In this document: positions 39,614 through 47,874 of the stretch, piece by piece | Layout of the letters: the number at the start of each line of letters is the position of its first letter | Numbering within the stretch: position 1 is the stretch's first letter | Assembly: GCA_963663545.1 (NCBI GenBank) | Contig: OY760505.1 | Coordinates: forward strand, 1,152,001 to 1,216,000 | DNA length: 64,000 nt | Direction of reading: 5' to 3' | DNA from: Candidatus Delongbacteria bacterium | GTDB lineage: Bacteria; CAIWAD01 | Program-made: the position numbers and the translations under genes | The notes under the pieces: generated by a model | Told to the model about the DNA's origin: nothing | What the model saw: the letters and a program-made list of their open reading frames with translations, nothing else | The model's database searches: none

Positions 39614-41029
39614 TCAGCGGCTGCGCCAATCGGCGGCGTTGATCCCATACTTTTTCAGCTTGGCCTGCAGATTCTTGCGCGCCAACCCCAGCCTGCGTGC
39701 ACAGGCAGATACGTTTCCCTGCTCTTCAACAAGTACTTGCTGCAACAGCGAATACTCGAACTTGTCCTTGGCCTCTTCAAGAGTCTCACCGCTTCGCACG
39801 GGATGTTCAGCGACCCGTGTTGCAGAAACCGGTGATACAACGCTGCCACCTGATTGTGGCAAATCTGCAGGAAGGTGAACGTGTTTGAGCTCCCCGACTG
39901 AGCCGGTAAGCAGCAGACAACGTTCCAGCACATTTTCGAGTTCGCGAATATTGCCGGGCCAATCGTGCTGCATCAATCGTGACACAAAGGACTCATGTAA
40001 CACGGGCGCGGGGCGATCCAACTTGCGCGACAGCCGGGCGATGACGTAGCGTGACAACTCGGGAAGATCCTCCATCCGCTCGCGCAGAGGGGGAAGATGA
40101 ATCTCAAGCACGTTGATTCTGTAATACAAATCCTGCCGGAATTCGCCACGCTGCCGCGCCTCGGCAAGATCTCGGTTTGTCGCACAAATCAGGCGCACGT
40201 CGGCCTTCTGTGTCTGGTTCGATCCGAGAGGCTCGAACTCGCGCTCTTGTATCACGCGCAGCAGCTTACCCTGCATGGGCAGGCTTGTCTCGCCGATCTC
40301 GTCCAGAAAGAGCGTGCCGCCGGCAGCTGCTGCAAAGCGACCCTTCCGGTCCTCCATCGCACCGGTAAAGGCACCGCGCACATGGCCAAAAAGCTCGCTC
40401 TCCAGCAGGCTGTCGGGCAGCGCTGCCGCATTAACCTTGATAAAAGGGCCGTTGCGCCGCAGCGAGAAGCTGTGAATCAGCGCGGCCATCAGTTCCTTGC
40501 CGGTGCCACTTTCACCCGTAATCAGCACCGAAGAATTGGTTTCGGCAATGCGCGTAATGGTCAACTGCATCAGGTTGCGCATGTGCGGATTGCGACTGGC
40601 TGGATCGCCTCGCTCAAAGCGTGCCAGCATTTCTCGCAGAAGCTGCCCGCCTGAGTTCTGCAATTCCAGATCCTGGGCGAACTGCTCGATTTCACGAGCC
40701 AAGGCACGAAAGTCAACGGGTTTGGTGATGTAACCCAGCGCGCCCATGCGCATGGCGCTAACAGCGCTGTCGATGGTACCGTAACCGGTAATCAGCAGCA
40801 CGCGCGTTGCAGGATGATGGCTACTGACATGCTCGAGCAGCTGCATGCCGTTCATGCGCGGCATTTGAATATCGGACAGGATCAGGTGGTGATGATGCTT
40901 CTCCAGCAGGTCAACGCCTTCACGACCATCGCAGGCCACGTCCACTTGATGACCCAATTGCTGCAGGAGCTCGCTGACGACCTGGCGAATGGTAGGCTCG
41001 TCGTCAACGACCAGAATGCGCAGCGGCAT
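39614..41029 (-). CDS. Sigma-54-dependent (NtrC-family) response regulator
   Basis: Receiver, GESGTGKE, GAFTGA, WPGNIRELEN, Fis HTH; start uncertain (41029-41080). Confidence 0.95.
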   Translation of the reverse strand: MPLRILVVDDEPTIRQVVSELLQQLGHQVDVACDGREGVDLLEKHHHHLILSDIQMPRMNGMQLLEHVSSHHPATRVLLITGYGTIDSAVSAMRMGALGYITKPVDFRALAREIEQFAQDLELQNSGGQLLREMLARFERGDPASRNPHMRNLMQLTITRIAETNSSVLITGESGTGKELMAALIHSFSLRRNGPFIKVNAAALPDSLLESELFGHVRGAFTGAMEDRKGRFAAAAGGTLFLDEIGETSLPMQGKLLRVIQEREFEPLGSNQTQKADVRLICATNRDLAEARQRGEFRQDLYYRINVLEIHLPPLRERMEDLPELSRYVIARLSRKLDRPAPVLHESFVSRLMQHDWPGNIRELENVLERCLLLTGSVGELKHVHLPADLPQSGGSVVSPVSATRVAEHPVRSGETLEEAKDKFEYSLLQQVLVEEQGNVSACARRLGLARKNLQAKLKKYGINAADWRSR

Positions 41030-41186
41030 TGTTGTGGGTGTGGAGTCTCCCTGTCCTTCCATAGACATCCATGTTAGCATTTCAGTGGACGCCGCTCTAC
41101 CACTTTTGGATCACAAGCCTGGATAAAGCACGCGTAACTGCGCCTGGACAGTCAAGGCGCCCCGCTCTGATTCCGATGATTCATTC

Positions 41187-41462
41187 ATGACGGTCAAGAT
41201 GTTCGCCTGGAACCCATACCGGTTCCACTGTTACGGGATTCCCGCTACCGAAAGCGGGGAGGCGGAAATCTATGTCGCCGATCTGTTCCCCGCCTGGATG
41301 CTTCCCGGATTGATTCTGCACGAACTGGTGGAATTGCGCACAGGCAGCCATCGGCTGGCCGTTGTTGCCGAGGTGCTCGCCTATCATTTGCTGTGGCCGC
41401 TGTATCACCTGGTGTACTTGTGGATCGTCTGGCGCTACCCGCTCTCGAACAAGCTCTTCTAG
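41187..41462 (+). CDS. Small hypothetical protein with C-terminal hydrophobic segment
   Basis: Fills the gap and converges on the J-domain gene; no family recognised. Confidence 0.35.
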   Translation: MTVKMFAWNPYRFHCYGIPATESGEAEIYVADLFPAWMLPGLILHELVELRTGSHRLAVVAEVLAYHLLWPLYHLVYLWIVWRYPLSNKLF

Positions 41463-41501
41463 CGGAGATGTATCACCAAGCCTATGGCTGGCACTGCTGA
41501 A

Positions 41502-42428
41502 TCACTCCTGTTCGAGGATCTTGAGGGCCTTCTCCAGCAGTTTCAAGGCCTTGGCATTTTTAATGGGTGCCTCCTTTACGGTTAGCACGATAACCAGATC
41601 GCCGTCCTCGTTTTCGCCCGGCAATCCCAGCCCCCGCATGCGCAGACGCTGGCCGCTTTGTGCCCCCGGCTGAAGTTTCAGCTCGAGTGTGCGCCCATCG
41701 GGATGTAACACACGCGTGCTGCCCCCAAGTACAGCCCGCAAAGCGTGCACCTGCTGCTGTATCACGAGATCACTACCCTGTAGCACAACGCCCTGCGGCA
41801 ATTCGGCTTCGACAGTTAGAATCATGCGACCCGCGGGACCGCCGTGGGAGCCGGGCCGCCCCTTACCGGGAATGATCAACTCCTCGCCGGGTATCACAGA
41901 ATCGGGCATGTGCAGAATCAGCGGACGCTCCAGGTGATCCATCAGCACTTTCAGCGTGCCACCGCCGCGAAAACGGTTCAGCGGCAGGTGAATCGTGCGA
42001 TGCAGATCGCCCCCTGTCCTGGCGCGCGGTGGTTCGGAGGCCGGAGTGGGCCGGGGGGCGCGTGGTCGGCTGCGCCGTGTCTCAGCGTTGTCCTGCTGGG
42101 GCTTGCCCGTGTCGGCAGTCCGCGTCGGCCTGGCCTTACCGTTAGCGGCAGAGCTTCCTGCAGCGGAGGCTGGATCCTGATACACCGGGCGTGCGCGTCG
42201 CGTGTGACGGGAATAACCTTCATCGTAGAGTCTGCGCTTCGAAGGATCAACCAGCACTCGGTAAGCACTGTGAATACGCTCGAAGCGTCCGGCAGCATCT
42301 GGATCATCGGGATTGCGGTCTGGGTGATGCAGCTTCGCCAGCCGACGCCACGCAGCTTTGATCTCGGCTTCTGGCGCAAAGGCGGCCACTTCGAGTACCT
42401 GATAATAGTCGACGAATCCCTGCTTCAT
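41502..42428 (-). CDS. J-domain protein (CbpA/class-B DnaJ-like)
   Basis: DYYQVL, HHPD, C-terminal DnaJ domain, no zinc finger. Confidence 0.92.
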   Translation of the reverse strand: MKQGFVDYYQVLEVAAFAPEAEIKAAWRRLAKLHHPDRNPDDPDAAGRFERIHSAYRVLVDPSKRRLYDEGYSRHTRRARPVYQDPASAAGSSAANGKARPTRTADTGKPQQDNAETRRSRPRAPRPTPASEPPRARTGGDLHRTIHLPLNRFRGGGTLKVLMDHLERPLILHMPDSVIPGEELIIPGKGRPGSHGGPAGRMILTVEAELPQGVVLQGSDLVIQQQVHALRAVLGGSTRVLHPDGRTLELKLQPGAQSGQRLRMRGLGLPGENEDGDLVIVLTVKEAPIKNAKALKLLEKALKILEQE

Positions 42429-42517
42429 ACCGTCCTGTATCGTCCTTTCAGGCTAGCGGACTGAAATAGGCTCAGATTTTGACAGCAATCTATGTGACAG
42501 TTTTTCTGGACAGGTGT

Positions 42518-42710
42518 CTGGCACCCCTCTGGCACCCCTCTGACCCCTGTCTGGCACCTTGGCTGTTTTCACAGAACTTAGCACAGGAAACATCTGCTTC
42601 TTTTTGATTTTTATATATTTAGCACAACTTCCGAACTTCAATCTGCTACGCCAGGGTAGCACACACTGCGAGATGTCTCCCCCTGGCACCCTTTGGCACT
42701 CTACGGCAGA
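42518..42710. repeat. Helically phased CTGGCAC direct repeats flanking an AT-rich tract
   Basis: Units at 42518, 42529, 42540 (degenerate), 42551 and at 42683, 42693, 42703 (degenerate); AT-rich tract ~42598-42621. Confidence 0.7.
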
Positions 42711-42841
42711 ATCCGTACTCAGAGAGTAACTAATGGATTTTCAGGGTGTTGGAGAGCATCAAAGGCCACCCAAAGCGAATCACGCTCATTTTGGCCCGCC
42801 CTTTGCCGTTTCAGAATCGTATGTAAGCAACAGGGGGAAAA

Positions 42842-43174
42842 ATGATCCAGCGTACGACGACTACCCAAAACGTTCACATCAGCACCACGGCTACTACCAA
42901 CCCGGTTTCCGATACTCTGCGCCGCTTCAAAATGCGCAAGCGCGATTTCGAGGAGCGCCTGGCGGCGGTGCGTGAGGAGCGTGACGATCTGCGGCACCTC
43001 GTCTGCATTCCTGTCAATCCCCGCGCCCGGCAGAACCCGATGCTGGACGCTGAAAAGGACAGTCGCCTGGTGGAGATCTTCCATAAGGTGGACGCTGGCC
43101 ACTACACGCGCCCCGAGGTGACCGAAGAGCTGACCGAGCGTCTGCTTTCCCGCCTTTGGGATGTCAATCTCTAG
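42842..43174 (+). CDS. Small protein with FlgM-like C terminus
   Basis: AGGGGG RBS; C-terminal RLVEIFHKVDAGHYTRPEVTEELTERLL; own terminator. Confidence 0.6.
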   Translation: MIQRTTTTQNVHISTTATTNPVSDTLRRFKMRKRDFEERLAAVREERDDLRHLVCIPVNPRARQNPMLDAEKDSRLVEIFHKVDAGHYTRPEVTEELTERLLSRLWDVNL

Positions 43175-43201
43175 CATCTCCTTCTTCAAGCTTCAATTGA
43201 T

Positions 43202-43226
43202 AACCAGGCCCTGCGGGGCCTGGTTT
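43202..43226 (+). terminator. Terminator
   Basis: AACCAGGCCC-tgc-GGGGCCTGGTTT. Confidence 0.75.
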
Positions 43227-43356
43227 GCGTCAACCCTACGCAACTCTTTGTTTCCTCACGGCATTTGGTAATTTGATCCGTTCTTCTCGCACCAGGCCAA
43301 GACTTGGGCGGACGATTTTGCAATCGAGCAACGGGATAGCAAACGAGGACAGGTCT

Positions 43357-44862
43357 ATGCAGCGATTGATCCTAAGCGTGTTGACCCTCGCCGCGCTGAC
43401 TGCCGGAACCCAGGCGCAGGAAGCGTCTAGCGGTGGCTGGACCAGTAATGTGAGCGGATCGGCGGGCATTGGTGCCGTCACCATGGATGGTGTGACCTAT
43501 ACGCAGATCTCCCTGCGACCGGAAATTCCCATCGGAAAACTGGGAATCGCACTGGACCTGACCCTCTACTTCGACGAAGACGGCGGCATTCGCAAAGAGG
43601 ACTGGGACGAGGGCCGCGACATCATTGAAAAGATCTATTACCTGCGCTGGGGACATCGCGGAGATCCCGTCTACCTGCGAGCGGGAGCCATTGACCAGTT
43701 CACACTGGGCTACGGCATCTTGGTGCGCAACTACGCCAACACCATGGAATACCCCACCGTCAAGCGCGTCGGCCTCGAATGGGACCTGCGCCCCGGTCGC
43801 CCGCAGATTGAGGGTTTCGTTGGCAATCTGGCGGAGTTGGACGGCCCGGGCTTGGTGGGTCTTCGCGTGAGCTACCCGGTATTGGGCAAGCTGCGTGTAG
43901 GCGGTGGCCTGGTCTACGACGGTAACATGTACGCGGGCATCCATGACCAGGATGACGACAATGTGCCGGATGAGCTGGATCGCTACACCGATCGTAATGA
44001 TCTGGACGAGTACAACATGTGGCACGATATCGATGATCAAGTGGACGACGATCTATGGGAGCTGATCCACGATAGCCCCAACTTCCCGGGCGATGCCTGG
44101 CTTGCCCAGCTTCCTGCTGACTACGGCGATGCAGATCAGGATCTTCTGGCCTGGACCGCCGACGTTGGCTATGAGCTTCTACCCAAGCTGGATGTGTACT
44201 TCCAGACGGCCGGTTTTCAGGACTACGGCATGGGCTACGCGCCGGGTGTGGTCTGGCGTCCGCTGAGCTGGCTGAGTGCTGGGATTGAGTATCGCATTTG
44301 GGATGAGCAGTTCATTGGCGACTTCTTCAACAGCAGCTACGACATGGAGCGCGTGTACTTCACCGGTGATACGCTGCTGACCAAACGAGAGAAGCTGGAA
44401 GAAGCTCCCGCCAGGCATGGGTACTATGCCGACCTGAACGTCAACGCCTTCAACTTGATCCAGTTGCGCGCTGAGTACAATACGATGCGCCCGAAAGACG
44501 ATGGCTACTGGCAGGAGATCGCCGTGGGCGAAGGCGGACTTGAGTCGGATTCCGTGTTTGTGGAGTACGAAGATCGTTCTTCATTGACCGCATACGCAGG
44601 ACTCAATGTCAGTCGCATTCCAAAGTTGAGTGAACTCTCGGCGTATTACAGCCAGACGGATGTTGACAACCTTTTCGAGTTTCGCACAGAATCTACTGTG
44701 CATGGCTTCAAGGTCGGCTGGGAAATCTCAAGCGGTGTAACACTTGCCCTGAACTGGCGCACCAGTTACAACGATTTGAACGGCGACATGGAAATTCACG
44801 GTTCTGAGGAACGCAATCGCACCTTCCTGGTAGAAACCGTCTTCCGTTTTGGCGCCAACTAG
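43357..44862 (+). CDS. Exported, probably outer-membrane beta-barrel protein of unknown function
   Basis: ATG 43357 after GAGGA; signal peptide; amphipathic strands; acidic DQDDDNVPDELD insert; near-terminal ETVFRF. Confidence 0.8.
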   Translation: MQRLILSVLTLAALTAGTQAQEASSGGWTSNVSGSAGIGAVTMDGVTYTQISLRPEIPIGKLGIALDLTLYFDEDGGIRKEDWDEGRDIIEKIYYLRWGHRGDPVYLRAGAIDQFTLGYGILVRNYANTMEYPTVKRVGLEWDLRPGRPQIEGFVGNLAELDGPGLVGLRVSYPVLGKLRVGGGLVYDGNMYAGIHDQDDDNVPDELDRYTDRNDLDEYNMWHDIDDQVDDDLWELIHDSPNFPGDAWLAQLPADYGDADQDLLAWTADVGYELLPKLDVYFQTAGFQDYGMGYAPGVVWRPLSWLSAGIEYRIWDEQFIGDFFNSSYDMERVYFTGDTLLTKREKLEEAPARHGYYADLNVNAFNLIQLRAEYNTMRPKDDGYWQEIAVGEGGLESDSVFVEYEDRSSLTAYAGLNVSRIPKLSELSAYYSQTDVDNLFEFRTESTVHGFKVGWEISSGVTLALNWRTSYNDLNGDMEIHGSEERNRTFLVETVFRFGAN

Positions 44863-44889
44863 CGTGTTACACTTCGGCTGAATTGTAAG

Positions 44890-44914
44890 AACGCCCGGCA
44901 TCTGTCGGGCGTTT
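44890..44914. terminator. Terminator between convergent genes
   Basis: AACGCCCGGCA-tc-TGTCGGGCGTTT. Confidence 0.65.
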
Positions 44915-44939
44915 CATTTGTATCACATGCCAGCGAAAG

Positions 44940-45734
44940 CTAGTTGCGTCTCACGCCCTTGAGCTTGGTCACCACCCAGGTACCACCACGAGCCTTGTCG
45001 CGTGTTACTTCCACGATATCGTAACGCTGGGCTTCTTCCAGAAAATCGCCGAAGTTGCTGTAGCCCATATTGCCCTCACTAAAGGAGGGATTCTTACGGC
45101 GCATAGTGTCCTTGATCAAGCTGCCGTAGAGCACTTCCGTGCCTTCGCGCAGAAGGGCGTTGATGGTAGAAACAAGCAGACGGAACGAGGGCGCTTTCTC
45201 CTCCGGAATCTTGCTCTTGCCCAGACTGCTCTCGCTCTGCGCCGCCTCCTGGCCGATGTCCTCGTAGTAGATGAACTCGTCGCAATTCTCAACCAGCAGA
45301 TCGCTGGTACTTTCGCGCATACCAATGCCGATGATCAGCTTGTTGTTCTCGCGAAGCTTGGCCACAAGCGGACTGAAGTCGCTGTCACCAGAAACAATGA
45401 CGAAGGTGTCGATGTGTGTGTTGGTGTGACACAAATCCATCGCATCCACGACCAGACGAATATCAGCGCTGTTCTTGCCGGTCATCGAGCGCTTGGGAAT
45501 TTCCACCAGCTCTACACCAGCCGCGTGCAACTGATCCTTCTCTTTGCTGTAGAAGTGCCAATCAGCGTAGGCTTTTTTCGTGATAATGCGCCCCTTCTCC
45601 AGCATGCGATCCAACACCAGCCGAATATCGAAGCGCGGTTTGCGTGCGCCACGAACGCCAATGGCTACGTTGTCGAAATCAATGAAGAGAGCCAGGTTGC
45701 GGCTCTGTAAATGGAAAGCGTACTCGCCGTTCAT
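44940..45734 (-). CDS. NYN domain protein with C-terminal OST-HTH
   Basis: LFIDFDN, KAYADW, GKNSADIRLVVDAM, SGDSDF, FSE...GY..F. Confidence 0.92.
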   Translation of the reverse strand: MNGEYAFHLQSRNLALFIDFDNVAIGVRGARKPRFDIRLVLDRMLEKGRIITKKAYADWHFYSKEKDQLHAAGVELVEIPKRSMTGKNSADIRLVVDAMDLCHTNTHIDTFVIVSGDSDFSPLVAKLRENNKLIIGIGMRESTSDLLVENCDEFIYYEDIGQEAAQSESSLGKSKIPEEKAPSFRLLVSTINALLREGTEVLYGSLIKDTMRRKNPSFSEGNMGYSNFGDFLEEAQRYDIVEVTRDKARGGTWVVTKLKGVRRN

Positions 45735-45778
45735 TCCTCTTTCTCCTTACGGGAATTCCCGCACTCAGCGGATCAGGC

Positions 45779-46879
45779 TCAGGAGTTGGCCCATTCCCAG
45801 ACGCTACTCTTCGCGGGTTCGGGAAGCCTTCCGCCAAGCTGCTCTTCCTGATCCAGCACCTCCTGCATGTCAGCAGGCATGGGTGCCATGAATTCCAGAC
45901 GCTGTCCAGTAATGGGGTGTTCGAATCCCATTCTCCAACTGTGCAGTGCCTGCCGTTGTATCACCTGCAAATAGGCGTTGGCCCGTGCTACGCGGTCGCC
46001 GGTAAAGCCACCGCGTTTTGGATCACGGCCACCGTAGGCCTCATCGCCAAAAACAGGATGCCCCAGATGCTGCAGGTGAACGCGAATCTGGTGTGTTCTG
46101 CCCGTCTCCAGCTTGAGTTCCATCAGCGACAAAAAGTCAAAGCGCGCAACGGTCTTATAGTGTGTTACAGCGCGCCGTCCGCGTCCGTTATGCACTACAG
46201 CCATCTTCAGCCGATCCCGTGGATCACGGCCGATATCCCCTTCAATGCTGCCCTGCAATCGCTTAGGACTGGTCCACACAAGCGCTCGATAGATGCGTTG
46301 CACATCATGGCGAAAGAACATACCGGAAAGCGCCGCCGCCGTCTCTGGTGTTCGCGCAATCACCATCAATCCAGTAGTATCCTTGTCGAGACGATGCACA
46401 ATTCCCGGGCGGAATTCCTCCCCTGCTTCCTCCGGCAAATCATCCAAGTAGCCCATCAGCGCATTCACCAGTGTACCAGAGAAATTGCCCCGCGCCGGAT
46501 GCACGACCATTCCCGCCGATTTGTTGATCACCATCAGGTGCTCATCCTCGTACAGGATATCCAGCGGAATCTCTTCTGCGTGTATCACCGGTCGTGGTTT
46601 GCGTGGAACCCGTACGAGTACACGTGTTCCCGGTAGCACCTTTTGTGATACACGTATCACCTGCTGCTCGTCGAGCCAGACCATGCCTTGACTGATGATG
46701 TGCTGAATGAAGGTGCGTGAGACCCACTTGATCTGGCGCGCCAGATAACGGTCCACGCGCTCTGGATTGTGGTTATTGCCGCTCTCCAGCACTACTTCTT
46801 CCACCTCACTGAACTCGGGAGGAAGCTCAGTACCGGCGTTTTGGTAGCGGATGTAGGTCTTTCGTCCGCGCGGGCTCAT
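45779..46879 (-). CDS. RluA/RluD-family pseudouridine synthase
   Basis: S4 domain, NKSAGMVVHP, HRLDKDTTG, TGRTHQIRVH. Confidence 0.95.
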   Translation of the reverse strand: MSPRGRKTYIRYQNAGTELPPEFSEVEEVVLESGNNHNPERVDRYLARQIKWVSRTFIQHIISQGMVWLDEQQVIRVSQKVLPGTRVLVRVPRKPRPVIHAEEIPLDILYEDEHLMVINKSAGMVVHPARGNFSGTLVNALMGYLDDLPEEAGEEFRPGIVHRLDKDTTGLMVIARTPETAAALSGMFFRHDVQRIYRALVWTSPKRLQGSIEGDIGRDPRDRLKMAVVHNGRGRRAVTHYKTVARFDFLSLMELKLETGRTHQIRVHLQHLGHPVFGDEAYGGRDPKRGGFTGDRVARANAYLQVIQRQALHSWRMGFEHPITGQRLEFMAPMPADMQEVLDQEEQLGGRLPEPAKSSVWEWANS

Positions 46880-47424
46880 TCTGGATCCAATCGCCCCGTC
46901 AGCGACAGTCCGATGAGCAGCAGCATGCTGACGAAGATATAGCTATCGGCAAGATTGAACACCCACCAGCGCTCAAGCAGATATCCGCCCCATGCCAGTG
47001 GACCGAAACTGATGTCCGGCAACATTACATCCGGAAAGTCTACGCTGATCATATCTGTGACACTGCCGCGCACGGCCCTGTCAATCAAGTTCCCCAATGC
47101 GCCGCCCAACACCCAAGGCATCAGCGCTGCAATCCAGTCGACACCGGGCACAGGCCGCTTCTCTCCGTGACTCCTGCCCAGTCGACGCCACAGCCACCAG
47201 CCAAGCGCACAGACAACGCCAAGTGATACAAGACTGAGCGCCCACATCGGCATCAACCGGGCGCCCATGACCGCATGACGATTTTCAACGTGAGTAAAGT
47301 GCAAAAGGTCACCGAACACACGCAGCGTATCCCCTTCAGGGATCCACAGGCGCACGGCAACCTTGCTGAGTTGATCGGCAAGCATACTGCCGATGACGAT
47401 CAACAATGCGTTACGACGTGTGAT
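46876..47424 (-). CDS. lspA: Lipoprotein signal peptidase (probable ATC start at 47424; next alternative TTG 47406)
   Basis: DQLSK, GGALGNLIDR, VTD, VFNLAD. Confidence 0.92.
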   Translation of the reverse strand: MTRRNALLIVIGSMLADQLSKVAVRLWIPEGDTLRVFGDLLHFTHVENRHAVMGARLMPMWALSLVSLGVVCALGWWLWRRLGRSHGEKRPVPGVDWIAALMPWVLGGALGNLIDRAVRGSVTDMISVDFPDVMLPDISFGPLAWGGYLLERWWVFNLADSYIFVSMLLLIGLSLTGRLDPE

Positions 47425-47439
47425 ACAAAACCTCCTGGA

Positions 47440-47829
47440 TCACCCTTCTTCGCCCGCGCTCTTGCAATTGATGCAGAGCTTGGCTGTGGGCACGGCAATC
47501 AGCCGTCCTTCGGAGATTTTGCTACCGCATTTCGAACAGACGCCATACGTGCCGTTCTCGATGCGCTCGAGAGCACTCTCAAGAGTCTGAATGTACTTGC
47601 CCTGACGCGCGGCAAACATGAAGGTCTTCTCGCGCTCCTGGGCGTCAGTGCCTTGATCGGCCATGTGGAAGGAATAAGTGCTGCTTTCGCCGGCGGCCTC
47701 GGACAGGCTTTTCTCCAGCTCTCGCTTGCAGTACTCGAGTTCTTCCTGTGCCTCCTGGCGCTTGTCGTCCAGCCGCTGCCGGAAGCGTTCCAGCTCCTTG
47801 GCGGTGTAGTGGGGATTCTTCTTGGCCAT
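47440..47829 (-). CDS. TraR/DksA C4 zinc-finger protein
   Basis: HMADQGTD, ALERIENGTYGVC..CG..I...RL.AVP...LCINC. Confidence 0.93.
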   Translation of the reverse strand: MAKKNPHYTAKELERFRQRLDDKRQEAQEELEYCKRELEKSLSEAAGESSTYSFHMADQGTDAQEREKTFMFAARQGKYIQTLESALERIENGTYGVCSKCGSKISEGRLIAVPTAKLCINCKSAGEEG

Positions 47830-47874
47830 GCCTCACTCCTCAGTCGGCAAGGTACTTGGTTTCGTCCGTCCAGC

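Noticed and set aside
32315..42710. CRISPR array at either short-repeat cluster
   Set aside because: Units are 6-11 bp without unique spacers and no cas genes are present.
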